From the UHGV virus genome UHGV-0038079: 27,742 nt of DNA, one strand, 5' to 3'. Shown one piece after another: positions 25,668 to 27,742 of the stretch (its first letter is position 1; every line of letters begins with the position of its first letter). A program made the translations under genes and the position numbers. This DNA comes from a virus. The notes under the pieces were generated by a model. The model saw nothing but the letters and a program-made list of their open reading frames with translations. It did no database searches and had not been told where the DNA came from.

Positions 25668-26067
25668 GGCTTTCACCATTAAAAAGTCGCTTGTAAGCAT
25701 CAATGTCTCGTTTTGCTTCACCAAGCTTTCGTCTTAATTCCATGTTTTCTGATTCAAGCTTTTCCATGTCTTGCTGGTATCGATCGCGGTGTTCTTTCCA
25801 TGCTTTTTGATACGCCTTCATGTATGTCATGTTGGCCTTTCTCTTTGCCTGACGAACTGCGTGGTGGTTTTTAACAAACCAGTCAGGGTCGTTAAATGCT
25901 GCTCTGGCGCATGTATACCAATAATTTGTTGCCTCCCTGTTTAGCCAATAAATACTGATAAATGGCAACCGGATAGACACCATTTTTCGTTGTGACTCTT
26001 TCTCGCCAAACATGTGCCCTTTTTTGATGCTAAGGCCAAATCCAGGTTGAATTAAAAGCATTGTCAT
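25600..26067 (-). CDS. Hypothetical protein, about 155 aa, between ninE and ninF
   Basis: ATG 26067 overlaps the ninE stop (ATGA); predicted coiled-coil segment ([31 protein letters not shown]) and Pro-rich tail; 3' end overlaps ninF by 68 nt out of frame. Confidence 0.45.
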   Translation of the reverse strand: MTMLLIQPGFGLSIKKGHMFGEKESQRKMVSIRLPFISIYWLNREATNYWYTCARAAFNDPDWFVKNHHAVRQAKRKANMTYMKAYQKAWKEHRDRYQQDMEKLESENMELRRKLGEAKRDIDAYKRLFNGESHAYPIPIPPIPERKRRAGFNVR

Positions 26068-26240
26068 TTCCTCGCACGATGTCTTAGCCACCGGATATCC
26101 CACAGGTGAGCCGTGTAGTTGAAGGTTTTTACGTCAGATTCTTTTGGGATTGGCTTGCGTTTATTTCTGGAGCGCTTCGTTGGAAGGTATTTGCAGTTTT
26201 CGCAGATGATGTCGGTGATACTTCGTCGCTGTCGTCTCAT
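26064..26240 (-). CDS. ninE: NinE-like protein, 58 aa
   Basis: [47 protein letters not shown] matches lambda NinE as recalled; ATG overlaps the dam stop (ATGA). Confidence 0.75.
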   Translation of the reverse strand: MRRQRRSITDIICENCKYLPTKRSRNKRKPIPKESDVKTFNYTAHLWDIRWLRHRARK

Positions 26241-26764
26241 GCTGCCCTCCTGACGCCCTGCCCGATCGCCATCAATGCCGCTTTGGATACGGTAGTAAAC
26301 ATCCGTCGAGGACTGATGAACGGTCGCCAAATCAGCAGCATGGAACCTTTGCTGTTTCCCTTCTTCTCCAGCCCTGTCGATGGTTCGATAAAATTAATCC
26401 GTCCATCAGTGATGATGCGAACTTCGTCAACACTCTCCAGAGCCTTGCTGAACCATCCGACAGACATATCCTCTGGCACAAGCATCACTACCGTCTGTCG
26501 CTGTTGCATGCACTGCTCAGCGGCTTTTTCCACCCACGGCCTGATATTGCTGTACGGTGGGTTATTCCAGATTGCACCGTGGCTTATCCACTCAGAATTT
26601 AGCGCGTCGTCAGCCTCAGTTAGCCAGTGAGCGCACAGAGCATTTTTGTCGCTCGCTGCCGAATCCAGCCAGAATCCAAACTCAATATCCAGTGCATCAA
26701 AAAGCCAAAGCGGCGTTTGCCAGCAGTCCTTGTCGTGTGCTGGCGTATTTGATTTGATAGTCAT
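26237..26764 (-). CDS. Phage-type DNA N6-adenine methyltransferase (orphan Dam family), about 175 aa
   Basis: [16 protein letters not shown]-terminus and NPPY catalytic motif (IWNNPPYSN); ATG 26764 overlaps the ninB stop. Confidence 0.8.
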   Translation of the reverse strand: MTIKSNTPAHDKDCWQTPLWLFDALDIEFGFWLDSAASDKNALCAHWLTEADDALNSEWISHGAIWNNPPYSNIRPWVEKAAEQCMQQRQTVVMLVPEDMSVGWFSKALESVDEVRIITDGRINFIEPSTGLEKKGNSKGSMLLIWRPFISPRRMFTTVSKAALMAIGQGVRRAA

Positions 26765-27201
26765 GCAGCCCGATCTCCCCATCGCGCTTTCCATTCGAGA
26801 GCCAGTCGCGCTTCGTCTGACCACTTAACGCCACGCTCTGTACCGAATGCCTGTATAAGCTCTAATAGCTCCGCAAATTCGCTTACACGCATCCTGCTGG
26901 TTGACTGGCCTATTACCACAAAGCCATTCCCGGCAAGGTTAGGAACAACGTCCTGCTGCTTTAATGCTGCGGTAAACACACACTTCCAGCTTTCTGCATC
27001 CAGCCAGCGCCCATGCCATTCAACCTGACGAGAGACGTCACCAAGGCAAGCCCAAAGCTTTCGATTCTGGTCTAAGCTGCGGTTGCGTTCCTGAATGGTT
27101 ACTACGATTGGTTTGGTTGGGTCTGGAAGAATTTGCTGTACCGCGTGAATAGCGTTTTGCTGATGTGCTGGAGATCGAATTTCAAAGGTTAGTTTTTTCA
27201 T
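26761..27201 (-). CDS. ninB: NinB recombination protein, 146 aa
   Basis: MKKLTFEIRSPAHQQNAIHAVQQILPDPTKPIVVTIQERNRSLDQNRKLWACLGDV... essentially the lambda NinB sequence as recalled; start set at MKKLTF (27201). Confidence 0.9.
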   Translation of the reverse strand: MKKLTFEIRSPAHQQNAIHAVQQILPDPTKPIVVTIQERNRSLDQNRKLWACLGDVSRQVEWHGRWLDAESWKCVFTAALKQQDVVPNLAGNGFVVIGQSTSRMRVSEFAELLELIQAFGTERGVKWSDEARLALEWKARWGDRAA

Positions 27202-27278
27202 GACTTCCCTCTCCCCCAAATAAAAAGGCCTGCGATTACCAGCAGGCCTGTTATTAGCTCAGTGATGTAGATGGTCAT
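27198..27278 (-). CDS. Putative 26-codon hydrophobic peptide ORF, translationally coupled between ren and ninB
   Basis: MTIYITELITGLLVIAGLFIWGRGKS; SD GGAGG 8 nt upstream; ATG overlaps the ren stop and its stop overlaps the ninB ATG; encoded across the tR2-like hairpin, so it may be a chance translation. Confidence 0.3.
   Translation of the reverse strand: MTIYITELITGLLVIAGLFIWGRGKS
27216..27250 (-). terminator. tR2-like intrinsic terminator between ren and ninB
   Basis: Minus-strand AGGCCTGC-TGGTAATC-GCAGGCCT (8-bp stem) followed by TTTTTATTT. Confidence 0.6.
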
Positions 27279-27565
27279 TGCCTTACCTCCATAAGCGCCC
27301 TATTAATAAACGCCGTCATTGGATTTGCACATCCCCACCCCGTACCATCTGGATTTCTTTTAATTGGCTCCTTCTTCACTTTGCGTTTTGCATAAATAAC
27401 CGTCTTCCACTTACGCTCAACAACACTCAAATGTCCTTGTTTCACCATATGCCTTGCTGCTTGAGCGATTCTGTTATTTGGTATTCCGGTGATCAGTGCT
27501 AATTCATGTGGGGAGAATTGTTCATGAGTTTTCAGATATTCCAGGATGATTTCTTTTCCAGTCAC
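27275..27565 (-). CDS. ren: Ren-like protein, 96 aa (GTG start)
   Basis: MTGKEIILEYLKTHEQFSPHELALITG... matches the lambda Ren N-terminus as recalled (MTGKEAIIHYLGTH...); same length; SD GGAG 8 nt upstream. Confidence 0.7.
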   Translation of the reverse strand: MTGKEIILEYLKTHEQFSPHELALITGIPNNRIAQAARHMVKQGHLSVVERKWKTVIYAKRKVKKEPIKRNPDGTGWGCANPMTAFINRALMEVRQ

Positions 27566-27742
27566 GATCTGCTCCTGTAACTATCCCATGTAAACGCAAG
27601 AGTGCACCCGCCGCCATCATTCATCCTGTCAATAACACGCTCACCAATGAATGCAGACAGTTCATCTTGAGCTGGCCCCCTGAAATACCAGACAGTAGAT
27701 GTATCTTAAAATAAGAGATAGGCTTGGATATATGTCTAACAC

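Larger units (their letters stand above)
1..27742. mobile_element. Prophage right arm: nin region, Q, lysis, packaging, head and contractile-tail genes; integration and immunity-C modules lie outside the window
   Basis: Contiguous minus-strand gene order ren-nin-Q-tRNA-lysis-terminase-portal-capsid-sheath-tube-tape measure-baseplate-fibre, with many ATGA start/stop overlaps typical of phage operons. Confidence 0.9.

Noticed and set aside
26240-26330. N-terminal extension of the ninE ORF (track start MATVHQ...)
   Set aside because: Would overlap the dam gene by 90 nt; internal Met at 26240 gives the lambda-like NinE and an ATGA junction
27201-27219. Extended ninB start (MGEREVMKKL...)
   Set aside because: The lambda NinB N-terminus is MKKLTFEI; the extension runs into the terminator U-tract
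1-27742. CRISPR arrays, IS elements or transposases, integrase or att sites, rRNA
   Set aside because: No regular direct-repeat/spacer array, no transposase- or integrase-like ORF and no rRNA-like sequence seen; the integration module presumably lies outside the window

Overview
The window is the right arm of a mosaic temperate prophage of enterobacterial (lambdoid) type, almost entirely encoded on the minus strand. Reading 5'->3' on the minus strand (high to low coordinates): ren, a tR2-like terminator, a nin region (ninB, dam, ninE, unknown orf, ninF, Rha/KilAC antirepressor, ybcO-like, rusA, ninH), antiterminator Q, a PR'-like late promoter with short terminator, two tRNA genes, a phage-21-type lysis cassette (pinholin S, SAR endolysin R, Rz with embedded Rz1), a small accessory locus, terminase small and large subunits, portal, head genes, and a contractile Mu-like tail ending in a tail-fibre gene truncated by the window start. 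A P22 immI-like cassette (mnt, arc, ant, plus a predicted sar-like antisense RNA) and a secreted-protein gene are inserted inside the baseplate cluster. No integrase, cI/cro, att site, CRISPR array, IS element or rRNA was seen. Protein-family calls rest on recalled similarity and motifs, not on database searches; all coordinates were derived by hand.
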